Positions 33,162 through 42,425 are shown, numbered from the stretch's first letter. The stretch: 64,000 nt of DNA from Candidatus Micrarchaeota archaeon (GCA_021817125.1 JAKAWC010000002.1:3589-67588), one strand, 5' to 3'. Notes: a model not told the origin generated them from the letters alone. Numbers and translations are program-made.

Positions 33162-33320
33162 TTACGACGGACGCAGCCTGCCCCTCCGCGCCTCTTCCGA
33201 CCTGCGCGCGACTGCCAGGTTGCAGCTGCTGTGCGTGGAGCACCAGGCGTGGCACTCGCCGGCGTCGCTCGCATTGCGGTAGTGCAGCCCGCAGATGCTG
33301 CAGGAGTGCATCGCAGCCAT
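33162..33320 (-). CDS. 52-aa Cys-rich (zinc-binding-like) micro-protein directly upstream of the giant gene
   Basis: Hand translation: MAAMHSCSICGLHYRNASDAGECHAWCSTHSSCNLAVARRSEEARRGRLRPS, with a C-x2-C-x12-C-x3-C-x5-C pattern. It is below the ORF-track cut-off, and no clear promoter was found. Confidence 0.3.
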   Translation of the reverse strand: MAAMHSCSICGLHYRNASDAGECHAWCSTHSSCNLAVARRSEEARRGRLRPS

Positions 33321-33454
33321 GAACATCCTTGGAAGAGAACCTTCTTCTTACTTCCGCCGCATCTCCGCGCGCGTTCGTCTCCCGTCTAATATCCGACGGA
33401 GGGTATGGATAACTTTAAAAAGCTTGTGGTCGAGTGTTAATGTTAGTGATATAA

Positions 33455-33820
33455 ATGGCGACAAAGAAAAATTCGTCCATGACTATGGGTGGCGCCCTAG
33501 TATTTCTAGGGGCTTTGATCTACCTGTACGTCGCATATGGCGCATACAATGCGGGCACCGGTCCGTGGCTGTCAGCAGCAACGTTCCTTGGACCCTTTGC
33601 GGCAGCATTCGCAATCTTCAGCGCAGTCTCCCTGTTCTTCCTCGGAATGCAGGGAATGGCAGGCACATGGTCCGATAACACAAGAAAGAACATTGTCTGG
33701 AAGTTCGTGATGTGGGGCGCGATAACGTTCCTCATCTGGACGGCAGGCGGTGCGTACTTTACTTGGGTGGTCGTGGCCCTGGTGCTGACATATCTCGGCG
33801 CTGCATGGGCTGGAATGTAA
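33455..33820 (+). CDS. small four-TM membrane protein
   Basis: Four hydrophobic helices (e.g. GGALVFLGALIYLYVAY, FLGPFAAAFAIFSAVSLFFLG). A TATA-like aactttaaaaagc lies ~35-45 nt upstream. Confidence 0.6.
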   Translation: MATKKNSSMTMGGALVFLGALIYLYVAYGAYNAGTGPWLSAATFLGPFAAAFAIFSAVSLFFLGMQGMAGTWSDNTRKNIVWKFVMWGAITFLIWTAGGAYFTWVVVALVLTYLGAAWAGM

Positions 33821-33830
33821 AGCTGCAAGT

Positions 33831-33866
33831 CTTTCTTTATTTTTTCTTATTTTTCTTTTTCTTATC
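33831..33866. terminator. T-rich tract between convergent genes
   Basis: ctttctttattttttcttatttttctttttcttatc follows the stop at 33820. Archaeal termination typically uses oligo-T. Confidence 0.4.
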
Positions 33867-33920
33867 CTCTTACATCTCCTTCCGTAGGGCAGGAGCCGCA
33901 CGACTCGTCACGCAGGAAGG

Positions 33921-36278
33921 TTAGTGCGTAGCGTTGTAGTTGATCTGGAATATCTTCGAGTCCCTGTTCGAGTAGACCAGGCGTGCGGTGGCGTTCCTGT
34001 TGTTCCATATGCAGTTGTAATTGTTGCAGAAGAAGATGAACTTCAGCATGTTGCTGTTGTACAAGCCAGGAGTGAAGAGGTACGCCTCGGTTACGTTCAC
34101 CGGAAGCTGCGGGTTCGGCACGCCAGAGTACACTACCAGGAGCATATCTCCGTTGGTCTGGTTGAAAGTGGTCTGCTGCACGACGGAGTAGTTAGAGTTG
34201 TCGGTATCATAGAACGCCACGTACTTGAAAGGGCTTATCCCGTTCTGCGCTATCCCGTAGGCGGATATCTTCTTCGTGCCGTTGACGTTCGTTATCGTGA
34301 GCCTTGCCGCGAGGCCGTTCGGGTTTTGGAACTGGAAGCGCTCTGTCGTCGAGTTGTAGTTGAAACCGACCTGCGGGAACGGTGCGTACGAGTAGTTGAG
34401 CTGCTCCTGGAGCGGCGTCAGGCTCCAATTCGCCTCGATGAGTATGCCCGACGTCTCGAGAAGCCAGTTGTTCCTCACAAGGAGGTACTGCGGGCTTCCA
34501 GTCAGGTTCGAGGTCAGGTAGGCAGGGTCTGGTGACGCGTTGTAGAGCCAGCGCGCGAAGAGCAGCGCCTTCTGCGCGTTCTGCGCGCCGACGCTGTCCA
34601 TCACGCTGGTCCTGTTCGCTACTCCCTCCACGACGCTGCCGTCGGGCCAGAGCGTGAGCACCGTGGCGTTTGCGTGGGTGTTTGCCTGCAGCGTTGCTAG
34701 CGCCACGAAGAGGTATGGGTTTACGTTGTCTGCCTGTACGAGGGTGAATGTGTAGCCATAGTCTATGAACAGGATGTAAGCGAGGAATGCTATCAGTATG
34801 CCGAACGCCACGAACCTGACCGGCACGTTCACGACCGGCAGGCGCGCGTCCTTCAACATGAGTATCACCCAGTATATAGTGTATGCCGACATTATGGCGA
34901 GCGGCACAGCGAGCAGCGAGTTGAACCTTATGGCGTTTATCTGCAGGAACGAAGTCACAACTATATAAGCTATGACGATGAGCATTGTCTCGTCGGCGTC
35001 GAACCTGAAGCGCGCGTTGCCGCCCATGAATCCTGTCCCGCTGTCATAGGTCTTCATGAAGAGGTATATCCCAGACACCATGATTATAAGGAGCCAGAAG
35101 AGGTACTTGAACCCGCTCACATATGTCGAGAGGGCGATAAGGAGGCTCATGGGTGTGGTGAACAGTGTCACCCCGAAGGATGCAAAGAGAAAGCCGAACG
35201 AAGGGGGCTGCAGCTCCTGGATCGTCGACGAGAAACTATTCGTTATTATAAAGCCGTTGGCCACGAAAACGTCGTAGATGAAACCGGGGGCGATGATGTA
35301 GAGTGCGATGCTGGCCACAGCCACCCCCGCCACGAGTACTCCCAGCCTATATGCTGCTGTAGGCATTCTCAGGATAGTGGGTAGCACTTTAGCAGCGTAC
35401 CATCCGACAAGCATGAACACGAGTATGATCCCGAAGTCAAGGCCGGTGAAGACCTGCGGGTACATAAAACCGAGGAGGATGTATGCGTTGACCAGGATGT
35501 ACCAGACCGCGAGCGCGGCCAGCATGTATTTTCCTTCGTCGACAAGGTTCTTGTTGTCGAGGACGAACCCGAATCCGACTATGAATATGAAGGCGAGCGC
35601 GTATACCGCGACAGCGAAAGCGCCTCCTGAGAATGTGAGATCACAGAGGCTCAGGAGGAAGCCCGACGCCACCGCAAGCGCAACCTTCCTGCTCTGGGGC
35701 TTCTCCCTGAAGGCCATAAGTATGATGATGAGTGCGCCGAGAAGGAACGCCGGGGCGAATCCGTCTCCCCTATACACCCCTCCGCTGGTCCTGGCAGCGT
35801 CGCCCATGCTGAGCGCGAGAAGTGCCATGACCAGGAGTCCGAACATGCGGTCCTTGCTAATCCCGCGGGAGAGATAGTATGCGCCTATAACGTCGAGGAT
35901 GCCGAAGAGTATCGGCACAAGACGCATCACATCATAGTAGCTTATTCCAGCGAACCGCAGGAAGAAGTACGGGATCAGCGTGACCCAGTAGAGCCCGAAA
36001 GGCTCGGTCACCAGCGCGTGCTGTGGCCAGCCAGATATGTTGAGTATATGCGGTATGGAGAAGCCCTGATTGACTGCCTGCCTTATGACCGAGAAGTGAT
36101 AGAAGCCGTCGGGCTCGTAGAAGCCGTAGTACTTCAGGATGGGCACCCTGAAGTATATGGTCAGTGCTATGATAACGATAGTGAGAAGGATGAATATCGC
36201 CCCATATGGCAGCCCCTTCTTCACGCCCGAAGTAGTTGCAGCAACTTGCTCGCTCAATGCATCACAATCAGTAAACAT
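33921..36278 (-). CDS. aglB: archaeal oligosaccharyltransferase AglB (STT3 family) with a divergent WWDYG motif
   Basis: A 13-TM-like N-terminal region with YEPDGFYHF in the first loop (DxD-type), TIQE (the TIxE motif of loop EL5), and LWPDGS at aa 543-548 in place of WWDYG, followed by a soluble C-terminal domain. Confidence 0.8.
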   Translation of the reverse strand: MFTDCDALSEQVAATTSGVKKGLPYGAIFILLTIVIIALTIYFRVPILKYYGFYEPDGFYHFSVIRQAVNQGFSIPHILNISGWPQHALVTEPFGLYWVTLIPYFFLRFAGISYYDVMRLVPILFGILDVIGAYYLSRGISKDRMFGLLVMALLALSMGDAARTSGGVYRGDGFAPAFLLGALIIILMAFREKPQSRKVALAVASGFLLSLCDLTFSGGAFAVAVYALAFIFIVGFGFVLDNKNLVDEGKYMLAALAVWYILVNAYILLGFMYPQVFTGLDFGIILVFMLVGWYAAKVLPTILRMPTAAYRLGVLVAGVAVASIALYIIAPGFIYDVFVANGFIITNSFSSTIQELQPPSFGFLFASFGVTLFTTPMSLLIALSTYVSGFKYLFWLLIIMVSGIYLFMKTYDSGTGFMGGNARFRFDADETMLIVIAYIVVTSFLQINAIRFNSLLAVPLAIMSAYTIYWVILMLKDARLPVVNVPVRFVAFGILIAFLAYILFIDYGYTFTLVQADNVNPYLFVALATLQANTHANATVLTLWPDGSVVEGVANRTSVMDSVGAQNAQKALLFARWLYNASPDPAYLTSNLTGSPQYLLVRNNWLLETSGILIEANWSLTPLQEQLNYSYAPFPQVGFNYNSTTERFQFQNPNGLAARLTITNVNGTKKISAYGIAQNGISPFKYVAFYDTDNSNYSVVQQTTFNQTNGDMLLVVYSGVPNPQLPVNVTEAYLFTPGLYNSNMLKFIFFCNNYNCIWNNRNATARLVYSNRDSKIFQINYNATH

Positions 36279-36900
36279 AACTCTTCACTCAAATAAGTAT
36301 AAAAGATTAGCGGCTGACGCAGGCGTGAAGGCTCACACATAAACGGCGTTTCCCCCCGGAGAATCTCGCCTGCTCCTTCATAGCCTTACCTCTGCAGTCT
36401 TCGTCTCCTTCCATGCTTTGCATTTCTGCCCGATGGCAAGCACCTCCCGGAGCAGGAATTCAAGCCAGACGGGCAGGCGCAGGCTGACCGCCCCCCCATC
36501 AATGCGTATCCCTCCGACGCACTCGCCCGTCGCAGAGCCATGCGGTTCCTATTGCGGCACCGGTCCGCTACTATAATATATAAGGGCAGACACGAGGATG
36601 CACCCGGACCCGAACGTTCCCGCAGGGTTTATACGCTACCGAAGCGCCTGGCAGGGTTTAAATAATCCCCGTACCTAAACTATATCTGCAAGAGTGTGCC
36701 AATGGCGCAGCCAAAGAATACATCAATCAACGAACATCAACAAATGACGAACTGCCTGGTCAAGCAGCGCCACAGAAAAACCTCCGAGGGCAGAAAAATG
36801 GCTTGTCGTCGGTGGCATACGTCCATCAAAGAAAGCAGGTATAACAATTGACGAATGATAATATGGAAGATATAAAAAAGAAATTAAATAAAACACCAGT

Positions 36901-36911
36901 CTTTAAATACC
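36901..36911 (+). promoter_or_regulatory. TATA-like box (ctttaaatacc) upstream of the S-layer gene
   Basis: It lies 43-53 nt upstream of ATG 36954, within a very AT-rich stretch. Confidence 0.4.
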
Positions 36912-36953
36912 TTTCAGTCATAGTAATCTCACAAAATATATTCATGTGATAGC

Positions 36954-39900
36954 ATGAAAAGTCTAAACGCAAAAAGGATAGCTGCCCTTGCAGCTAGTTT
37001 GGTAATGGGTCTTGCATTCGCAGGACCTGTAGTGGCGACCGCATCGGGAGTGACGATCGGTAACGGGTTCTCAGTGATAAATAGCGCTGGAACTCCAACA
37101 GTCCAGATAGTTGTGGGATCTCAGGCACAACCTAGCGACGGCGTAGTTGCGGCAAACATTGCTGCAGTTATCGGCAACCTCGCATATGTGTCCTCAAAGA
37201 TAACCGCAACGGTCAACGGACTGGGAGCGGTAACGTGCGCAGTCACGACCCCAACATGCACGCTGTCAAACCAGCAGGTATGGCTTGGAGTAAAGGGACT
37301 CAGCGCGCCAACAGGATCTTATGCAATTAAGACCTTGATAGGCTCGGTGATGAACGGCGGAGTACTTAACTATAATACATTATCTAACACCAAGGCCGTG
37401 ATATCTGGTTCAAGCCAGTACACGTACCCAGAGGGAAACTCTCCGTACCCTGTGACCTCATCGCCTGAGATGACCTCGGCGTTCGCAGGAATAGGCTCGA
37501 TATCCATACCTGGCCCTGTATCTGCAACGACGAACGGAGGCGGCTTCACAGGAAAGGCGTTCACGCAGAGCGGCTTCGACAACGTAGTCGAGCTCTCGAC
37601 AACGCAGATCCCAAGCCTGCTCTCTGCATCGGGCCAATACTCAGAGTCTGAGTACCTATGGCTTATGGGCTTCCCAGTCTATAACCAGCAGACGAACGTC
37701 AGCAACTTCCAGCTGCTCGACGGAAACGGCGCATACCAGGTCGTCTTCGGAAAGCCGATCTCGATCTTCACCTCAGCTGCAAACGCTGCGGCGAAGGCGT
37801 ACAACCACGCCGGCTTCAGGTTGCTAGGGACGAACTGGACCATCTACAACGTAACGCTGCCTAATGTGAATGCACCATCAAGCGGCAACTTCGTGGTAGG
37901 AACGACTTCGAGCGAAGGAACACTGCAGCTCGCACAGTCGCAGGTGCCATTGACCCTGCTCTACGTAGGACAGAACATGACCGCAGGCCCTCTTACAATC
38001 GCACTGCAGGACTTGACATACCCTAACCAGTCTGGAGCATCCAAGGCTGTCATAGGAGTATACAAGAACGGTGTTCTGACCAACGAGTCGACAATCTCGC
38101 CTCTTGGCACGGCAACGATCAACGCGTCTGGCACGACCGCATACATCTATGTGTCCGCGACAACGCCTGGTCTGTACGCCAGCCAGAGATGGGCAAAGAT
38201 CCAGGTCTTCAGCAACATCTTCAACGTGACGAACGGGCAGAAGTTCGGAAGCTCGAACCCTAACTGGCTGACATCGATAAGATGGTCAACGAACCAGTCG
38301 ACAGGAGTATCGGGAACGCTTTCCGGCACTGAGGCGACGAACGCAGTCCTCGAGGGCATAGTAATATATAGCAACCTCTCGAAGGCATACTCGCTGACAC
38401 CAGGTCAGTCATTGGGCTTCATACAGAACCCACTGGCGTTCAACCTGACGTTCTCTGGTGACGCACTCGGCACGCCAAGCGCAACGAACTCGAACTTCGA
38501 CGCACAGACGTTCTCGTCAACAACCGCAACAGGAGGGTCGGACTACACGTACGGCAACCCTAACGGCGACACGACAGCGAACCCTGGAGCTCAGACGTTC
38601 TCCACAGGCCTGATAGCATCTGTCTCGGCAGCTGCAAACGCGGTCAACGCGACGGTGGTAACCGAGCCCGTGAACCTGTTCACAGTGCAGAGCTCGCTGC
38701 CTACGGCGTTCCAGATAACTTCGCACACTGGAATCTTCCCATCGCCAAGCACGAATCAGCAGAAGGTCCTATACAACCTCGACGGCTATTCGTATGTGCC
38801 AAACAACGTATTGGACGGCCCTGGATCGGCAAACATACTAACGTATGCGCCTAACAACTACGGTGTCGTGTTGCAGATACACAACAACGGAGTGGACGGG
38901 AACTACGTCACGAACAACAACCAGTTGACGGTCTCGATAAGCGGCTCAAAGTGGACCTCAGGCCAGGGAACCGCATCGGTATCGGGATTCGGATTCAACC
39001 CGACCAACTCGATTGGGACAGCCACAATTCCGGTAAACGTGATACAGCAAGGCATGCTGATGAAGAACGTGACCAACGTGAACGTCGGCTACCCTCTTCC
39101 AGCACCTGGTGTAACAGTATACGTCTACGACACCGCGAACGTCTTCGCGTTCAACGCGACAAGCGGTGCAAACTCGATACTGATGGGAACACTGTCGTAC
39201 TATGGCCCAACGCTGTTGTACTCCGTACCTCAGTACAACTACTGGCAGGCGCCTAACGCGCTGACAGCGAACGTTGTATACACCGAGTCTGGCTACACGC
39301 AGGCATACACCCTCAAGAGTGGCTCAACCACGCCGGGCGTGGCGAGAGAGCAGTACTGGTCGTATGTGATCCCAGAGATCGCTGTACCTCAGACCGGCAC
39401 CACAGACGCGAACATGACTATCGGATTGACGAACCAGTCAACCTCGAACGTCGGCTCAACGCCTGAGTACTGGCTGAACCAGACCAGCGGCAACAACAAC
39501 AAGCTGATCTACACCTCGTACCAGGGAACTGCAACGCAGGCTGTACAGGGCTTCAGGACAGAGCGTGGATCTGGCGTCGGCCCAATAACGTCGACATCAG
39601 TGACATACTACCTGGCTCAGTCCATCGACACCCTGAACTTCCTGGTCGGACCTGCAAAGCAGGGCTCGCTGGCGACGACACAGACCGTCGGACCGTTCAA
39701 GATCGGACAGACATACAACAACATAACGATCGAGAACGTGAGCGCAACATGCGCGTTCGCAGCAACAAGCTGCAAGGTCTCCGGCCTGACGAACGTCACG
39801 GCAACGCCAAGCGCGACTACGGCGATAACTGCAGTGCCATTGAACACTGCGGCAACGCCTATAGCCGTACTGGACTCGAATGCAAGCTCGACGCAGAACC

Positions 39901-40112
39901 TCATAGTGGTAGGAAGCAAGTTCGTGAACTCGGTTGCAGCGACAATATTCGCAAACCAACCGACGTTCGCAAGCGGCTTCAACACGGGTTCCGTAGTCGT
40001 GCAGCAGTTCGGAAACCAGTACCTCGTAGCAGGATGGACCGCCGCACAGACAGTCTCGGCAGGAAACCAGTTCATCCAGCAGCTATTGAGCGCGGCAGCG
40101 ACCTCTACATAG
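36954..40112 (+). CDS. S-layer protein (1,052 aa)
   Basis: Signal peptide (RIAALAASLVMGLAFAGPVVATASG). An N-terminal segment, VQIVVGSQAQPSDGVVAANIAAVIGNLA, and a C-terminal segment, LIVVGSKFVNSVAA...YLVAGWTAAQTVSAGNQFIQ, both match the euryarchaeal S-layer protein pattern (vVGs.Aa..DvvaAanIa / VAG..A.dT..A). S/T/N/G-rich with many sequons. A strong terminator-like structure follows. Confidence 0.8.
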   Translation: MKSLNAKRIAALAASLVMGLAFAGPVVATASGVTIGNGFSVINSAGTPTVQIVVGSQAQPSDGVVAANIAAVIGNLAYVSSKITATVNGLGAVTCAVTTPTCTLSNQQVWLGVKGLSAPTGSYAIKTLIGSVMNGGVLNYNTLSNTKAVISGSSQYTYPEGNSPYPVTSSPEMTSAFAGIGSISIPGPVSATTNGGGFTGKAFTQSGFDNVVELSTTQIPSLLSASGQYSESEYLWLMGFPVYNQQTNVSNFQLLDGNGAYQVVFGKPISIFTSAANAAAKAYNHAGFRLLGTNWTIYNVTLPNVNAPSSGNFVVGTTSSEGTLQLAQSQVPLTLLYVGQNMTAGPLTIALQDLTYPNQSGASKAVIGVYKNGVLTNESTISPLGTATINASGTTAYIYVSATTPGLYASQRWAKIQVFSNIFNVTNGQKFGSSNPNWLTSIRWSTNQSTGVSGTLSGTEATNAVLEGIVIYSNLSKAYSLTPGQSLGFIQNPLAFNLTFSGDALGTPSATNSNFDAQTFSSTTATGGSDYTYGNPNGDTTANPGAQTFSTGLIASVSAAANAVNATVVTEPVNLFTVQSSLPTAFQITSHTGIFPSPSTNQQKVLYNLDGYSYVPNNVLDGPGSANILTYAPNNYGVVLQIHNNGVDGNYVTNNNQLTVSISGSKWTSGQGTASVSGFGFNPTNSIGTATIPVNVIQQGMLMKNVTNVNVGYPLPAPGVTVYVYDTANVFAFNATSGANSILMGTLSYYGPTLLYSVPQYNYWQAPNALTANVVYTESGYTQAYTLKSGSTTPGVAREQYWSYVIPEIAVPQTGTTDANMTIGLTNQSTSNVGSTPEYWLNQTSGNNNKLIYTSYQGTATQAVQGFRTERGSGVGPITSTSVTYYLAQSIDTLNFLVGPAKQGSLATTQTVGPFKIGQTYNNITIENVSATCAFAATSCKVSGLTNVTATPSATTAITAVPLNTAATPIAVLDSNASSTQNLIVVGSKFVNSVAATIFANQPTFASGFNTGSVVVQQFGNQYLVAGWTAAQTVSAGNQFIQQLLSAAATST

Positions 40113-40135
40113 AGGCAAGGTAGCGATTAGAAGTT

Positions 40136-40184
40136 GAGGCTTCGGCCTCACTTTCTTTTATTTTTCATCACCTTTTTTGGTGAT
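40136..40184 (+). terminator. two stem-loops plus oligo-T after the S-layer gene
   Basis: GAGGC-TTCG-GCCTC at 40136-40149, then ctttcttttattttt, then ATCACC-TTTTTT-GGTGAT at 40167-40184. Read directly from the sequence. Confidence 0.6.
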
Positions 40185-40379
40185 ATCCCTTCTCCTTTCC
40201 GGCCATCAACCATCCAGCGTAAGCGCGCCCTCTTCCCCGAGGAGGCTCCAGAGAAGAGCTGCCAGAATTGGTCCCAGGTAGAATCAATCAGAAGAAGTTT
40301 TTCGTCGAAAAACCGCCCCGAGCTCTCGGAAATCTATTTAAATACTATCTTCTTATATACCAATTGAATCTGTGGTAGA

Positions 40380-42425
40380 ATGGGGGCTCGTTACGACATA
40401 ATTCTCATCTCGCTGCTCGCGTTTGCAGCTGTCTCCGGTGCGGCTTCGGTCAACAGCACTCTTGCCGGCTACAACGTCCCGTCAGCCGTTATCGCCAACC
40501 TGACGCAGGTGAACATAAGCTACGGCTCTGCGCAGTACGCAGCGCTCTACCTGCAAGGCAACCTCTCATTCGTGCTCAACAAATCTAACGGATACGGCGT
40601 GGTCCTCGGCTCCACGAGCATAGCCCGCATAATGCAGAACTACACCGTCTCCCAGAACATGCCCAAGGCCAACTTCACCCATCTCCGCTCAGAGATGAAA
40701 GCATTCCAGGCTTCTGCGGCGTTCAAGCTCACCCAGGCGCTCCAGCTGACAGGGCTCAACAAGTACACATGCACCACGCAGAACAAGTGCTACTCGTGTC
40801 AGTCCGTAGGCTACGTCTGCTACACCCTCTGGTACCAGACCCTCGGCACGAACGACTCGCTCCAGGTCGACATAATAAACTTCGAGAACAACTGGACCCT
40901 ATACAACCAGTCGCTCAACCGCTTCTATGCGTCGGTAAACGGAATAACCGTCGCGAACGTCGCGCAGAACCTCTCCGCGCTCACCGCATCGGCGGAGAAT
41001 GTCAGCCTGTACTCCCACCAGATGTCAATCGTTGACATGTTCACGGTGCCGGGCAATATGACGTCGCTGCTTGGCAACTGCGGCTTCTACGGCGTCTCGA
41101 CAGGCCCGTGGTACTGCCATTCTGTCGGCTACGTCTCGTGGCTCGGCTACAACTTCACCCTAATCAACAACATAAACTCGCAGCTCGCCGCCATAGCCGC
41201 ACTGCCGCTGACCAGCCAGCAGGTGTTGCAGATAGCGGTCAGCGCCAACAATACGGAGGCATCCTACGTAGTGCCAGTCATACAGGCGCACAAGAGGCAG
41301 CAGCTCGGTGTCATAATCAACACCACATTCTTCGGCTACAATGCGATAGTCAACAACTCCAACCAGATACTCGCTCACATTACGAATGCGACGCTGACCG
41401 CCGATCTTAACGCGCTGGTCCGGGTCCACGCCAATGTGACCGCCAACTTCCTGACGGAGAATTTCACCGCAGCCAACCGGAGTGCAGCGAACGCCATGGC
41501 TACGATGCAGGGTGCATACGCCACGCTTAACAGGACGTATTTCTTCATAATAGGCAGGGCGCAGAACAACACCGAGCTCTTGCTGGACGCGCAGCTTAGC
41601 GGCAACGCCCAGTCCGGCGCGCTCGCATCGGTCGCGTTTCAGCAGATGCTCATGAACCAGCAGCTCTCCGGGCAGATAACCAACACCACGTCTGTCGAGA
41701 TGCAGCTCGATGCGCTCAACGCCAACGCCACTGCCCAGTACAGGGCTTCGCAGCAGCTCTCGCTATCCAACTTTGCGCGCTCTGTGGACAAGCCGTTTAT
41801 CAGCATGCTTGGCGCATACAGCGGCCAGCTCTACGCCGCAAACGTCGCACTCGCCCCAGCATATGGCGCCGTCCTCTCGCTGATAATAGGCGTGGTCATA
41901 TTTATCATAATCTATCTGTACTACCTGTCGCTCGGCGCCCAGAAGAGGCTCGCCATGACCAAGACCGTGCGCGCCAATTGGAGGAAGCTCTTCGCCTCCG
42001 TGGCGATCCTGGTAGTCGTATACGCGGCCCTGACATACTCGCTGCTCTACAGCGCGTCCCAGTCCACTCCTGTCAGCGCGTTCCAGGCTGACGTCTCGCA
42101 CTCGGCATACCTTGCGATAATAGAGAACGGCACGCAGACTGTCGGGGGGCAGAACTGCGTCAACACCCTTGTCAATAGGGCGCTCGCGCTGAGCAAGAAA
42201 CCGATAATCGCGCAGATAAGCGGCACCACGTGCACCGTGGGCAATGTGACCAAGACACGTGACTACTGCATGAACTTCTTCGCATACTCCGACATCCCTT
42301 CAGTACTGCTTACGAACAACAACACGCCTAGCATACGGGTGTACTCCCTCTACGGCTCGCAGCTTGCGGAGAGCGGAAACTCGAGTGTACTCGGCTCGTG
42401 CTATGCATCGCTTCTGCTCGGATGA
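40380..42425 (+). CDS. 681-aa membrane glycoprotein, candidate S-layer anchor/stalk
   Basis: Signal peptide (IILISLLAFAAVSGAASV). A ~490-aa N/Q/A/L-rich ectodomain with many sequons and coiled-coil-like stretches. Two TM helices (VLSLIIGVVIFIIIYLYYL, FASVAILVVVYAALTYSLL). A ~120-aa C-terminal domain. A TATA-like tatttaaata lies ~40 nt upstream. Confidence 0.65.
   Translation: MGARYDIILISLLAFAAVSGAASVNSTLAGYNVPSAVIANLTQVNISYGSAQYAALYLQGNLSFVLNKSNGYGVVLGSTSIARIMQNYTVSQNMPKANFTHLRSEMKAFQASAAFKLTQALQLTGLNKYTCTTQNKCYSCQSVGYVCYTLWYQTLGTNDSLQVDIINFENNWTLYNQSLNRFYASVNGITVANVAQNLSALTASAENVSLYSHQMSIVDMFTVPGNMTSLLGNCGFYGVSTGPWYCHSVGYVSWLGYNFTLINNINSQLAAIAALPLTSQQVLQIAVSANNTEASYVVPVIQAHKRQQLGVIINTTFFGYNAIVNNSNQILAHITNATLTADLNALVRVHANVTANFLTENFTAANRSAANAMATMQGAYATLNRTYFFIIGRAQNNTELLLDAQLSGNAQSGALASVAFQQMLMNQQLSGQITNTTSVEMQLDALNANATAQYRASQQLSLSNFARSVDKPFISMLGAYSGQLYAANVALAPAYGAVLSLIIGVVIFIIIYLYYLSLGAQKRLAMTKTVRANWRKLFASVAILVVVYAALTYSLLYSASQSTPVSAFQADVSHSAYLAIIENGTQTVGGQNCVNTLVNRALALSKKPIIAQISGTTCTVGNVTKTRDYCMNFFAYSDIPSVLLTNNNTPSIRVYSLYGSQLAESGNSSVLGSCYASLLLG

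Noticed and set aside
26101-33255. Dozens of 60-260-aa ORFs on both strands inside the giant gene (for example 26568..27167 +, 28429..29145 -, 29383..30165 -, 31248..31883 +)
   Set aside because: They are Arg/Pro/Gly/His-rich shadows of a long GC-rich gene. They have no starts with promoter context, and all are fully contained in the continuous 2,337-codon frame.
36343-36700. SRP RNA or RNase P RNA upstream of the S-layer gene
   Set aside because: Fragments such as ccacagaaaaacc and cccggagcagga only loosely resemble the conserved motifs, and no consistent helix could be drawn by hand. It is reported as an ORF-free region rather than as an RNA gene.
40134-40367. 77-aa plus-strand ORF between the S-layer gene and the next gene
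   Set aside because: It spans the terminator hairpins, the oligo-T tracts and the TATA-like box, and its composition is Phe/Ser/Pro-rich. It is most likely non-coding.
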